Below are positions 41,062 to 52,103 of a stretch of DNA of 64,000 bases, one piece after another (position 1 is the stretch's first letter; the number at the start of each line of letters is the position of its first letter). Below the pieces are notes generated by a model. It did not search any database. It had not been told where the DNA came from and saw only the letters and a list, made by a program, of their open reading frames with translations. The stretch comes from Epithemia pelagica (taxonomy: Eukaryota; Protista; Bacillariophyta), in contig OX337236.1 of the NCBI GenBank assembly GCA_946965045.2, forward strand, positions 3,224,001 to 3,288,000, given 5' to 3'. The translations under genes were made by a program, and so were the position numbers.

Positions 41062-42681
41062 TTATTCACGAAATGGAACAAGACGACGAATGTTGATTCG
41101 TTCAGTGACGTGGGGACCACGTTGGATAGTCACAGTGCCATTGGAATGGACCTGTGTAATCCGAAAGGGATTGGGGCTTGTGCGAAGCTCAAGCTTGTCC
41201 GGATTCGTGGCGCGGAGCAACACACGATCGTTGACAGCGTAATCATGAAAGACACGAGAACGATTTGCGAGACGAGCGCGTTCATCGACAATTTGTTGTC
41301 GTTTCAGACGGACTGTTTCCATGTCCGCGATAATCGGGATGTCGAACAGCATGTCGCGATGGAACGCAAGGCTGCCGGGAGAATATTTCAAGGCGCCATG
41401 AATGGCAGTGCGAGTGGAATACGCAGCAGTCTGCAGAGCAGTATCCACGGCAAGCGCAGCATTTTGTGCATCTTGTGGTGGTTCATAGTTGGTGATCACA
41501 CGAAGAGTGTTGCCAACAGTCAAATGTAGTCGCTCGCAAAGAGCATTTGATTGAGGATTCTTGACCGTCAACGGCACTGGCTTAATGCCATGGTTTCGAA
41601 GCACTTGCGTGAACGCATGTCCAATAAATTCACCGCCTTGATCAAAAAGGCAACGAACGGGACGTGGATAGCGTGAGAGCCACGCGTTTTCCAATTGCAG
41701 ACCCACGTGACGTGCCGTCTTATCATGGATGCGAATGAGTTCGCAGAAGTTAGTGACATTATCGATAATAGTCAAGGCTTGAAATGTTAATTTCTGCCCA
41801 TGAACGGTAACGTTCCATGGTCCAATGAGGTCGACAGAGATGTCAGCCCATGGATTGCCTCGGACCTCGCGAGGAGGGAGTTCACCGTAATGGCGATGTA
41901 TGACTTTAGAGCGTTGGCATGTAGCACAACTAGCCACGGCTTGTTCACAATACAAACCCAAATTAGGATGACTCATGTGCATAGAGATCGTCTCACGAAG
42001 ACGTGTAGACCCCAAGTGATTGAGGGACAGGTGATATCAATTAACGGTATGTGCCAAGAGGCTGTCTGGGATACGAATACGCCATACGGCATTAGGATTC
42101 TGACGATAACAAATCAAGTTGTATTGTGGGTTTTCCGTAGGGAAGGGTTGGAGATGGAATCTCTGTGGTTGTTCGGTCAACTTGGCCACAAGAGCGGCAT
42201 CGTTCTGTTGGTGTTGATGGATCGTCGCATAATCGACGGGCAATGGTTGATTTGCGTTGATGGGAGGATGATTGAGGTAGACATCGATCAAATCCTCATC
42301 CATGAAGATGGGAGATTCGAAAGCGTCAGGATCACGCGAGTGATGAGAGCGGGGGTCATCATTAGGGCCATGAGGCACTTGCAACACTGAGTGTTGTCCG
42401 CTATGATCATAGAGCGATCGTGGATGCGGCGAGGCATCCGTAGAGGAGGTCGACGACGGAGAGACACTCTTCTCCTCCTCTTCAGAGAGAGGGAGACGCG
42501 ACAAGGCGTCGGCGATGACATTGTCCTGGCCAGGGACATAGTGAAAAATAGGGTTATACTCCTCGAGGAACAACCGCCAACGGAGGACCCGTTGCGAGTT
42601 GATAGTAGCGTAAGTAAGATTTTTATGGTCCGTATGGACGTGCAGTTCGGCACAGCCGAGAAGCATGGAGCGGAACTCGTA
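41062..42681 (-). pseudogene. pol: Gypsy pol remnant: RNase H C-terminus plus integrase, one in-frame stop
   Basis: EFRSMLLG, HTDHKNL, RWRLFLEEY, NVIADALSR; HHCC zinc finger with TGA in place of TGG at 42039-42037; SVDLIGP, FDQGGEF, NPQSNALCER. Confidence 0.88.
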
Positions 42682-43675
42682 CGGGCAAGAAAGGCGTTGA
42701 AACGCTCTTGGTTAAAATTGGAGGACTGCAGGTTGTAGATGCAGTTGGCCCAAGTATGATTGGAATCGCATCCTTGTAAGGACAGGCATCGCCGTCATTG
42801 ACGGGACGATCACCGGACGCTTGGCGTCCACCATTGGACTGGCGATTGCCGCCGCGGAGACCGCCACGGCCACCATTAGAGGAGCGAAAACGCTTCGTGG
42901 AACCGCGAGAAGTGGAATCATCGCGAGGATTGCGGGACTTGGCCTGGGACTGTGCATTGGCAGCCATCTTTTCTTGGGAGACCTTTTGATAGCCACGCAT
43001 CGCATGAAGAAGGTCGGTGATGTTGAAATGATTCACCAAGTCTGCAACCAAGGGATTGGCCGTCTTGAACTCGTTGCGCCAAGCAACAGGGGAGCCGAGA
43101 TAGAAGGCTTGCTTCAACTCATCGTCAGTAAGGGCTTGGACAGCGTTGTCGTTAGACAAGTAACGGAGACCGTTGGAAATCTTCTGGAGGGTGTGATAAT
43201 GGATATCCACGTTCATATCAGGTGGCTTGCGAGGACCGCTAAGAAGGTGTGCCCGAAAGGCATTGACTTCGGAAACCGTCAACTTGGGTTCGAAGATCAT
43301 AGCAATCAACCGTTTGAAACACGCCTCATCGAGGTCGGCGCCATCAGGCAAGGCCTGGAATGCATCATGGAACTTGTCCGCTACGAGACTTGTGGTAACA
43401 CGGGGAAAGTAGGTGCAGCAGGCAGCAAAGGGCTCTGGGTGACCGGAGATCTTGACCTTGTCAACAAAATGGAGGACCCACAGGAAGAGATTCGAGGGCT
43501 CTTCATCCACGCCATCTCGGAATGGCAAGAGACGGACGTAGTACTTGTCATCGTCGTCGTCTTTCAACTTGAGGGTAGAAAGAGCAGAGGAAGAATCTGA
43601 AGCCGAGGCTTGATCGAAGCGCTTTTGGAAGCGTTGAACATCCGCAAGGGAGACGAGGGAAGATCCTGTGCTCAT
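42682..43675 (-). pseudogene. gag: Gypsy gag, frameshifted near the Cys/His knuckle
   Basis: 350-aa ORF with helical gag-like core and RG-rich segment; adding one G at 42772-42773 gives CPYKGCDSNHTWANC. Confidence 0.65.
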
Positions 43676-44854
43676 GATGAGACTGCAAAAGAAAGAAAAG
43701 GAAAGGAATCAAAGGATGATAAGATCAACGAGGATCGGCCAAAGAACGGCAGGTGGTTATGGTGAAAGAGTGTTGGGGGAAGTTTTCGAGCTTCTGATCA
43801 GAGTGCCATACCCATGTAAAATAGCACGGTATAAAAATTGTGATCTTTAGGAATTACGAGGAATTAGGGGGAATGAGGAATCCACAGTGCCACGTGCGAC
43901 GAGAAATGACTGGAGGAGGAACAGCCAGATGGCGGAAGATTCATGTCGCAGTGTCAAGAACGCGAACCGGGAATGGAACGTGGTGACACGTATGGCGGGA
44001 TCCATATATGGGTACCGCAAGGATATCTCGACAAAATAATCCTCCTCCGGAACGCCACAGATTTCCGGCGAAACTTAAAAAACTACCTGGTAATGCGACT
44101 TTTTGTCCGATGGTCCCGTTGCCGGCCACTTATCTAGCGGTTTGTTCGCCATAGACCCAAAAGGTTAAGAATTAAGAAAAGGTTAGCAGCATTGTGCTTC
44201 TCATTTCTGCCACTTAACTTCGAGTAAGTTTCACATCATCGGTGCCCGAAAAATGAGAAGACCCGGGGTCTTTCCGAAGCAGCTGCCTTCGTCGAGAAGA
44301 CAGCTGCTCGGAACATAGCCGTGTCATAAAACAAGTAGTCCTCAGTAGTCTGTCTGCTCTTCTGCCAATGCATTTGAAAATAATTTTTCTACACACAATG
44401 TCAGGATTTTTTCAGCTGTTTGGTGCATGTACTGAATACGGACCAGAATCGTCCACAACAACGACGCAATTCGGCCAGTGGACCCACCACCAAAGGAATG
44501 GTCCCAACCACCACCTCTACGACGACTCCCAGCAGTCCTCGACGATCCTCCTTGACGCATGCGCGAACCAAGTTGCAATGGTAACACACATGACATCCCA
44601 CCACCCAATCATCTACAATACAAACCAACCACTCACACATACACAAGTGATTATGATAGCGTCTGTGGAAACCTTGCGAGTCCAGAGTGAGTGAGTGAGT
44701 GTGGATTCATAGTCTTTTTTAGTATTATATCAAGGATCCTAACGCAACCTTGGTAGAGTAGTAGATGGTCCTTCGTATTCGTAGTGTGAATGTGCGTGTG
44801 TGTGAGTGTGTATTTATAGTCTTTTTTAGTACTATATCAAGGATTCTAACGCAA

Positions 44855-47800
44855 CCAACGGTCCTTGTCAGGCAGTGACATTGGTTCCGAAGACGAAAAG
44901 GAGGAAGCGACGGCGAAACAAGAAGAGAAACGACCAACCACATACAAGACTACTTTGAAACGGCCAAGTTATCCCCGCTCTCTGTCAGGATTAAATGACG
45001 ACAACAACCAAGAACAACGACCGGTGGACGAGCAACCAGAGAAGGACAAAGAATCGAAACCGACGCTTTCAATTTCCGAACGACGTCAAAACTACCAGCG
45101 TTCGTTGTCCGGTAGTCGTTTGGTAGACGAAGACAAGCAAGATGGAAAAGCTTCTGATTCGAAATCCAATATTACAACGCATGAAGAGCAAACGGGCTCA
45201 ATGACAATTGCGCAACGTCGGAAGAACTACACCCGTTCCCTGTCTGGAGGTCGCCTTGTCGAAGATTTAGAAGAGGGGACAACCACCAATGATGCTGAGC
45301 TGTCCCATAGACCACAAGAATCGATCCAGAAAACAGCAGTTGGTGATTCAGACAGCAAAGCTCCAAGCGCATGGCAAGGTGTTTTGAGTAGTGTCAAGCG
45401 GACCTTGTCGCCGCAACGAGCAAGCCGACAGGAGCCGACAGTGCCCACGCACAAGACAGCAGTGACGGAGAATGCACACTCTGGAATTCAAAAGAAGAAG
45501 ATGATGTTGGGTTCCAAACATTCATCCATGCCGGACCTCCAGTCTGACGAAAAGCATCCCATTTCCGAGCCGGTGGAAGGTGAAGGACATCAACAGACCA
45601 AATCAGGACGGCCCTGGCCATCGAGGATGCAGCGGAAAAGTCAAACTGCAGCCCAATCTGTACGGGAACTTGTTACAGCTCACCAGCAACAGCAGTCAGA
45701 CACACAGACTGGTCCTCAAGAAGATTCCAGGTTTGTGTCTCCTCCACGACGACCAAAACAGTCGGAACAACCACTAACAGCCGCCTCCTCACCAAGACGT
45801 AGATCACAAACAGCTGGAGACGGAGGAGGTCCTCCAGTACCCTCGAAGCGTTTGGCCAAAGCTGGAGCGTTTCTTCGTCGGGCATGGTCACCCAACAAAC
45901 GCAGCAACAGCCAAAAATCTCTTGACCTGGATCATGAACCCCCGGCTGGTCTTGCATCTGGACATCAATATGAAACCAATAAAACCAACACGAGCGTTGC
46001 CAATCCAGTTTCGTTTGAAAAAGAAGATACAAATCGGGTGACAGAAGGAGAGTCTGGTGAAGGAGAAAATGACGTTCCAGACCAAAAGGAGGATTATGGC
46101 TCACGAGGTGGTTCCAAAGTCATGAAGAGCCCTTTCCATACTTTTTCGCTCAAGAAACGGCAGGAGCGAGCAAGATCCCTTTCACCAAACAAACGATCTC
46201 TATCGTTTCGCAGCAGAAAGAAGAATGCCGCAACAGAGGCGGCACCCGAAGGAGATTCTGTCAAAACTGAACAGGAGTCGAAAGAGGACCAAAAGGAGGA
46301 ACAGAAACAAGAGCAACCAAATAAATTACCACCGTATCTTTTCAAAAGGAATCAAGCAGAAGAGACCGTGACTAAGATATCGCCCGAGGACGTCGTAGAA
46401 GCCAACCCGAATCAATCTCGTGGCGATGGTGCTCCGGGGCTACGTGGCAAGCTAAACCGAAGAGATTCCTTGCAACGTTTTAACTCACTTTCAAGACTCA
46501 GTATTACAGACGAACCAAAGAAGGGGAAGTCCCTCTTGTCATCACAGTCTGTCATTGATCCAGGGCCAAGTGAACACGAAGATGAAAAACCAAAAACGGC
46601 CCCACCTGCGGCACCCGTTTCCAACAAGATACCAAAAATGGTCAAATCGCTGCAGTCTGGTTGCTTCATGGCGGGAGAGCATGTACCTGGTATCCTACGA
46701 GACTGCCTGAGTTTCATTCAAGGCAAAGGGAAAGGTAGTGATCCTAACATTGACAAGACAGAGCTCCAGTTGCAGCTTGGCCAATCCAATTCAGCTGTCT
46801 TTTCAATAATCACCATGATGAATCGTTGTGAAGATGATGCTGTGGTACAAGAATTATGTTGCGCCATAATACAGGAGCTTTGTCGTGTTCATGATACGAA
46901 TCGATCTCGTGTCACCACCGAGGGCGGTTTACAAGCTGTGTTGGTGGCATTGCTGAAACATGAACATTCCATGGAGGTTCAAATCAATGGCTTGGCGGCA
47001 ATGGCGACTCTGGCTCTCAATGAAGGGAACCGCGATTTGATTCCCGAAATGAGACGATTGGATGTTTTGAAAACGTGCATGGAAGCCTATGTCATGAATA
47101 TTTCGGTTCAAACGGAAGCTTGTCGAATTATTACAGCCTTGACCACAGATCATGCCAAAAACTCCAAGGCCATGGGTGCCCTCCGTCTCGGCAAGGCCAT
47201 TGTGGGTCTCATGTTTGCCCATCCTGAGGCGGGAGAATTACAGGAGCAGGCCTGTGTGGCTATTCGTGCCATGACAGCCAACGATGACATGAATCATGCA
47301 TCTCTTTTATCTGCCGATGTTTTGGAAGCCGTCTTGACTGCCATGAAAACGTTTGACGAGAATTTGACTTTGCAGGCAGCGGCCTGTGGTGTCTTGTGGA
47401 ACTTGACATCCTTTCATGGAACGGTAGAGGCCATTCAAGCGTACGACAGCAGTCGGGGGAGTAGCCGCAATGACAATTGCATTCGCATCTTGTTGCTAAC
47501 CTTGCGAGCGCATGACTTGGACCCGGCGGTGCAAGAAGCTGGGTGTGGAACTCTCAAGCATTTGACCGAGCGACACGAAGCACAAAAGTTGCTGACGGGT
47601 CAGGCCGGTGTGTTGGTCGTTCCGACCATTCTCAATGCCATGCGGCAACATCAGTCGGTCAAGGGTGTGCAAACACAGGGTTGTGGGGCCTTGTGTAACT
47701 TGGCCATGGTGGAGGAACACAAGGGACCCATTCTCAATGCTGGAGGCATTAGCATGATTATCGGGGCCATGCGAGAATTGCAAGACAGTATTGAAGTCCA

Positions 47801-48218
47801 AAAACAAGGATGCCGAGCTCTCCGTACCCTGACAGCCACGAATGCACCCACCACGGGCAGTAGTCACCATGGAAATAGCAATCATAGTACAGGCACAAGT
47901 ACTAATAGTACATTGGGCAGTGGTGGCGATTCGTCGTCGCAAGCCAAAATATCCATTGCGGCCGCCGGTGGGATTGTGGTATTACTCAAGGCCATGGAAC
48001 GGTATGCCGACATTGTTGGTGTTCAAGTCTTGGCCTTGGGCGTACTGCAACAATTGTTGACGGTACCTCGCAATCGAGGCATTGTCTTGTCGAACGACGG
48101 TGTCCGTGTCTTGGAGCAGATTCGAGAATTGCATTGTCCCCGTCAAGTCCATGTCGACAAAGCGACGCGAGAAATTTTGCAATTGGTCCAAGGTGGTCCA
48201 GGAGAACCAGCTGAATAA
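44855..48218 (+). pseudogene. 5'-truncated duplicate of the ARM gene (C-terminal ~1120 codons, reading frame intact)
   Basis: Begins mid-exon at the duplication junction with no native start or promoter; ARM region uninterrupted. Confidence 0.8.
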
Positions 48219-48967
48219 GCATCCTCCTATCAATATCATCATAATCTTGATTGTAGTTGGGCAGGTTTGGGGTGGGAGTCGTGTGTGGGGAGGAGATTCG
48301 CTCCAGCAAGAGACAAAAGGGACTAGAAACGCAACGAAACGAAATCAATGGGGACAGAGAAGGGGGCGATATACTGGGCGGATAGAGAGAGGGGGGATCT
48401 ACTATCCGATTTGAATTTCATGTAACTGTACCAGTATATAGTACTTAGGGTGTAGTAGAAACCAATGAGAGCCAACGTCCAATATCGTCTTGTGTCAAAC
48501 GGCTTGACTGACTTTCTCCGTCACTCCTCTCCACTACCTATAGTGCTTTCCAATCAACTGTTTTTTGGTTTCTTTTGGAACGACAATCCTCCACCAGCAT
48601 CGACCGACCAACGAGGGCACCCGTATCTTCAACCACAACAATCTCTCGTTGTTTTGTGGCACCGAGCATCAGTCTGGATGCCAAGTACATTCTGATACCG
48701 GAACTAAAAAAGACGAACAAACCACGACGAGAGTCACAACAGCAAGACCAACCAAACAACATTGTGTGGTCCGACATCAATGAGGCACGACACTGTCACA
48801 GACTGGTATTCTGGAGACGTATGGACTTTCCGGCACGAAAAAGCCGACGACGAGTGATTTCAACCAGGAACTATCGTAGACAGGTAGGGTCGTTTACTCC
48901 ATTGCTTCCACCAACAAGTATAATTCTGCACTAGAAGAGCTTGTGGACATTGTTCTACTAGGTATTA

Positions 48968-49922
48968 TTAATTTGGTACAGAATGGATAGTGTGGTTTGT
49001 TTCGTTGGGGCAGGTTTTTCGGTAATCATGTTCAATTCGTAATCCATACTCCTCCAAACCTTGCACACTCTGTGCAAATTCATCAAATATTTGGAAAATG
49101 GATTGTTTCAAAGATGTGTAGGCGCTTTTCCAAAAAGTATTGAAAGTCCTCTGCCTCAAACGATGAACTCAGGGGCGCAAATTCTGTCGGCAATGTACAC
49201 ATGCGGCAACTCTGGTTCCGTTGCGTAAAGTAGGCGGCTAGAAAACCTTGTTGACCATGCCCCGATTCCATGGAATCTGGCTTACTGACATTGAAGCGGT
49301 GATCTTCCCAACGATGGACACTTAGTAGGACTTGGATGAAATCATCAAACAGTGCCTTGTTTGGTTCAATGACCATGGCACCACTGTTCCATTCTATATT
49401 GTCTTTGGCCTGAATGGCACAGGGAGCTGGATACTCAAACCAATGCATGATATTTCTTCGAATGAGAACATCTTGATCGAGTGCGATGAGTTTGTCGTAC
49501 TCGGTCAAATTGAACAGAAACAGCTTGTTAAACGTTCCGGCCCACAAGCCTTTGTTTACTTTTCCCAGCACATGGGTTTTGTCCACCACATGAATGTGCT
49601 CTGGTGGAAACCACTGCTGGAGGGCAGACCACAGCTTGGGATTCTCCTGGATAAACAAAGGATGCGTGACGGTCACAAGTGGAATGTTCATGCCAAACTT
49701 CTTCATTTGATTGCGAATGGAATAGATGCCGTACATGTTTTCTTCTTCATCGACAAAGGTTGCCACAGCATATCGTGGCACTTTGGCAACCTGATGGGTG
49801 GACGACAGGGCCTGTTGTTGGGGAATCAGGACGTGTGTCGTACTACAAGCCATGAACACTGCATTGAGCAGGGTAATGCCCAGAACTACCACTTGCACAG
49901 CTTGTCTCCAATGATTCATCAT
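48968..49922 (-). pseudogene. GT8 glycosyltransferase, copy B; same 3' lesion as copy A
   Basis: Near-identical to 36286-37240 with a few substitutions. Confidence 0.75.
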
Positions 49923-50217
49923 CCTGTCGCTCGCTTCGGAACAATCCAGATCACCAAGAATATCGAGTGCCAAACAAGAGAGTATTATAGGGATTCTTCT
50001 AATGTAGAATGGCGGTGGATACCAAATCGAATCTGCCGACGACGAGGGGGGATTCTTATTTTGTGAGAGCGGTACAAATCCCAATGAAGTATAAGTTTGC
50101 GGATGATGATGGCGTGCGCTATAAGTCATGCAGGCCGAGACAACTTTCCTAAGTAATTATCGCATTCATCAGGCATACTCGCCAATTCCTTGGAGGACAA
50201 TAGCAACAGCTTCCGGG

Positions 50218-50975
50218 TGTTAGGATTCTCACCGAAAACTAGGTGGCGAAACCTACAACTCATCGAATGATGCTAGTATTTTATGGCATCCGATGACATT
50301 TTCCTAAAAGTGAGAAAAGAATGTCGGCATGCTCGCGAAACTATAAATTTGGCCACGGCATGCTCGCAGCGCACGCGTTATCGGCGACCGCTCGGATATT
50401 AACTATGGCCCAACACGTGCGCGCCCAAAACTATCAAGTGCGCGCCTCTACTATCCGAGTACGCGCATCCACGATTCGACCTAACGGTCTATGTAATCAA
50501 AGCACGAATCACGATCACGCGAGACCATATCTCTGTTCCCACAAATCCAAGAATGCAAACAGCAACGCGCCCAGGACAAGACTTATACCACGACAAAGCA
50601 AGAGCTGTTGCATCCCATACATGTTATCCATCACCCTATACATTCAATATACACCAATGCCGGTCTACTCCAACCAGTGAGGACCTATCACACCAGATCC
50701 ATGGCCGTATTCAAGAGCCAGGACTTCGGCACCGTCAACCACCTTAGTTAGTAATCGTCTCACAATCATTAATATCACCATTTTAACACTCATCTTAAGA
50801 CTTACCTCTTATCAGTGGACCGACTGCCCCCACCCACGGCGGACTTCGACTTGCAACTCTTCTCTGACCCGTGGAGGATTGTTGTATCGGTTGGTGATTC
50901 GATTGTCGGCTCAGCGAGCCTTTTACCTATCCACACTATCTGTCTAACCCCTGTTGAATCGAGAGAAGTTTATCA
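50218..50975 (+). repeat. Copia 5' LTR
   Basis: Direct repeat of 57780-58537. Confidence 0.95.
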
Positions 50976-50989
50976 GATTAACAGTCTCA
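50976..50989 (+). promoter_or_regulatory. Putative primer-binding site complementary to the anticodon arm of tRNA-Asn(GTT)
   Basis: GATTAACAGTCTCA abuts the LTR; reverse complement is TGAGA-CTGTTAA-TC. Confidence 0.6.
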
Positions 50990-51013
50990 TCGTTTATTTC
51001 CGAGAAGCTTTCG

Positions 51014-51769
51014 ATGTCTCACGACGATTCCAACCTCTCTATTCGACACATCTTTCATTCCTTCCAACAAAGCGGGGAGGAACTCCATCCACCCGTGGCC
51101 CATCCGGGCGAGCCCTTGATTGAAACTCCGAAACCGACCCCGACTCAGGCCAGTGCTCCGAATCCCTTCCAGACCCCGGACCAAGTGGTCCAGCCTCCTT
51201 CGATCCCGACTCAACCTTCGACTCCGCCTCGCCGTTTGAACCCTACTCGCACCCGACGTACGAGCCGTCTTCTTACTGCGCATATCCGACACTTCCGCGA
51301 GCCGACTGAGTCGACTACCGACCCCGACGTGATCCGTTCCACAACCGAACGCGAGATCGATTTCCAGTCCGTCCAACCCGTGACTGACCTTGAGGACATC
51401 CAACGACTTCTCGACCTCTTGAACCAGTGCTCGAGACGCCGTTTCATTGTCCAAGCCCTGTTGGGCAACCCTGTGGAACCCATCCGTATTCGATTCATCT
51501 CCTTTGAACGTCCAACCAACTACTTCCACACCATCTGGATCGTCAACTCGACGACGAATCCGCTACCTACCCCGACTACTCGTCTCGACGAGTACGTCTC
51601 CTTTGTTCACGAGATCCATCTCTGCCAGGATTTCCGTGCGACTATCTACCCTCTCTTCACTCAACACGTGAACCACTTGTTGGAAGACGACGACGTTGAA
51701 GAACTAGCCACTACAGTGACCGATTCCGCATCTCGTCTTCAGTACCGAGCCGAAAGTGACCAAGAATAA
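51014..51769 (+). CDS. Extra ORF (ORF0) in the copia leader, 251 aa, unknown function
   Basis: ATG 51014 to TAA; Pro/Thr-rich N-half and globular-looking C-half; separate from gag-pol. Confidence 0.65.
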   Translation: MSHDDSNLSIRHIFHSFQQSGEELHPPVAHPGEPLIETPKPTPTQASAPNPFQTPDQVVQPPSIPTQPSTPPRRLNPTRTRRTSRLLTAHIRHFREPTESTTDPDVIRSTTEREIDFQSVQPVTDLEDIQRLLDLLNQCSRRRFIVQALLGNPVEPIRIRFISFERPTNYFHTIWIVNSTTNPLPTPTTRLDEYVSFVHEIHLCQDFRATIYPLFTQHVNHLLEDDDVEELATTVTDSASRLQYRAESDQE

Positions 51770-52103
51770 GTAACTTTACGTAGTTTCTACACCAAACCAG
51801 ACACAAGACCGAGTTCCGTCCAAGACTTAAACTCAACGCACATCCGGGTACCCTTGGTCGCACAACACGCCACACATTCCCGTCAAATCGCGAAAATTCG
51901 GCGAAAATTTGTTGAAACTCGGCGAAAATTTGTCGGAATCAACGGAAATTTCCAGGAGTCGCACATCACAACACACATCCGGGTATCACATACGTGGTAC
52001 ATACGTGGCACACGTGGTACATCCGGGTTCACATCACATCACACATTAAATAAACCACATCACACCGCACATTAAATAAACATCGAACCAACCAAATAAC
52101 ATC

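Larger units (their letters stand above)
40766..44019 (-). mobile_element. Internally deleted Ty3/gypsy LTR retrotransposon, 3254 bp
   Basis: 216-bp LTRs at 40766-40981 and 43804-44019 (TG...CA, 2 differences seen); 5-bp TSD AGGAT at 40761-40765 and 44020-44024; PPT GGGAGAGGTAGAG; order RNaseH then integrase. Confidence 0.92.
39591..44428. other. 4838-bp insertion: a 1579-bp captured genomic fragment plus a nested gypsy element
   Basis: Absent from copy B, where CTTGTCGT joins ACTGAATACGG directly; only a GT dinucleotide is shared at the two junctions; no TIR or TSD. Confidence 0.85.

Noticed and set aside
43780-43803. Gypsy PBS candidate (minus strand CTCTGATCAGAAGCTCG)
   Set aside because: Only loosely like the iMet PBS TGGTATCAGAGC and not an obvious anticodon-arm match; primer cannot be assigned
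44258-44313. GC-rich hairpin near the end of the captured fragment, considered as a Helitron terminator
   Set aside because: It lies ~115 bp from the junction, and there is no CTRR end, TC start or A/T insertion site
50321-51123. ORFs inside the copia LTRs (also 57883-58309)
   Set aside because: Short, non-protein-like, and duplicated only because they lie in the LTRs
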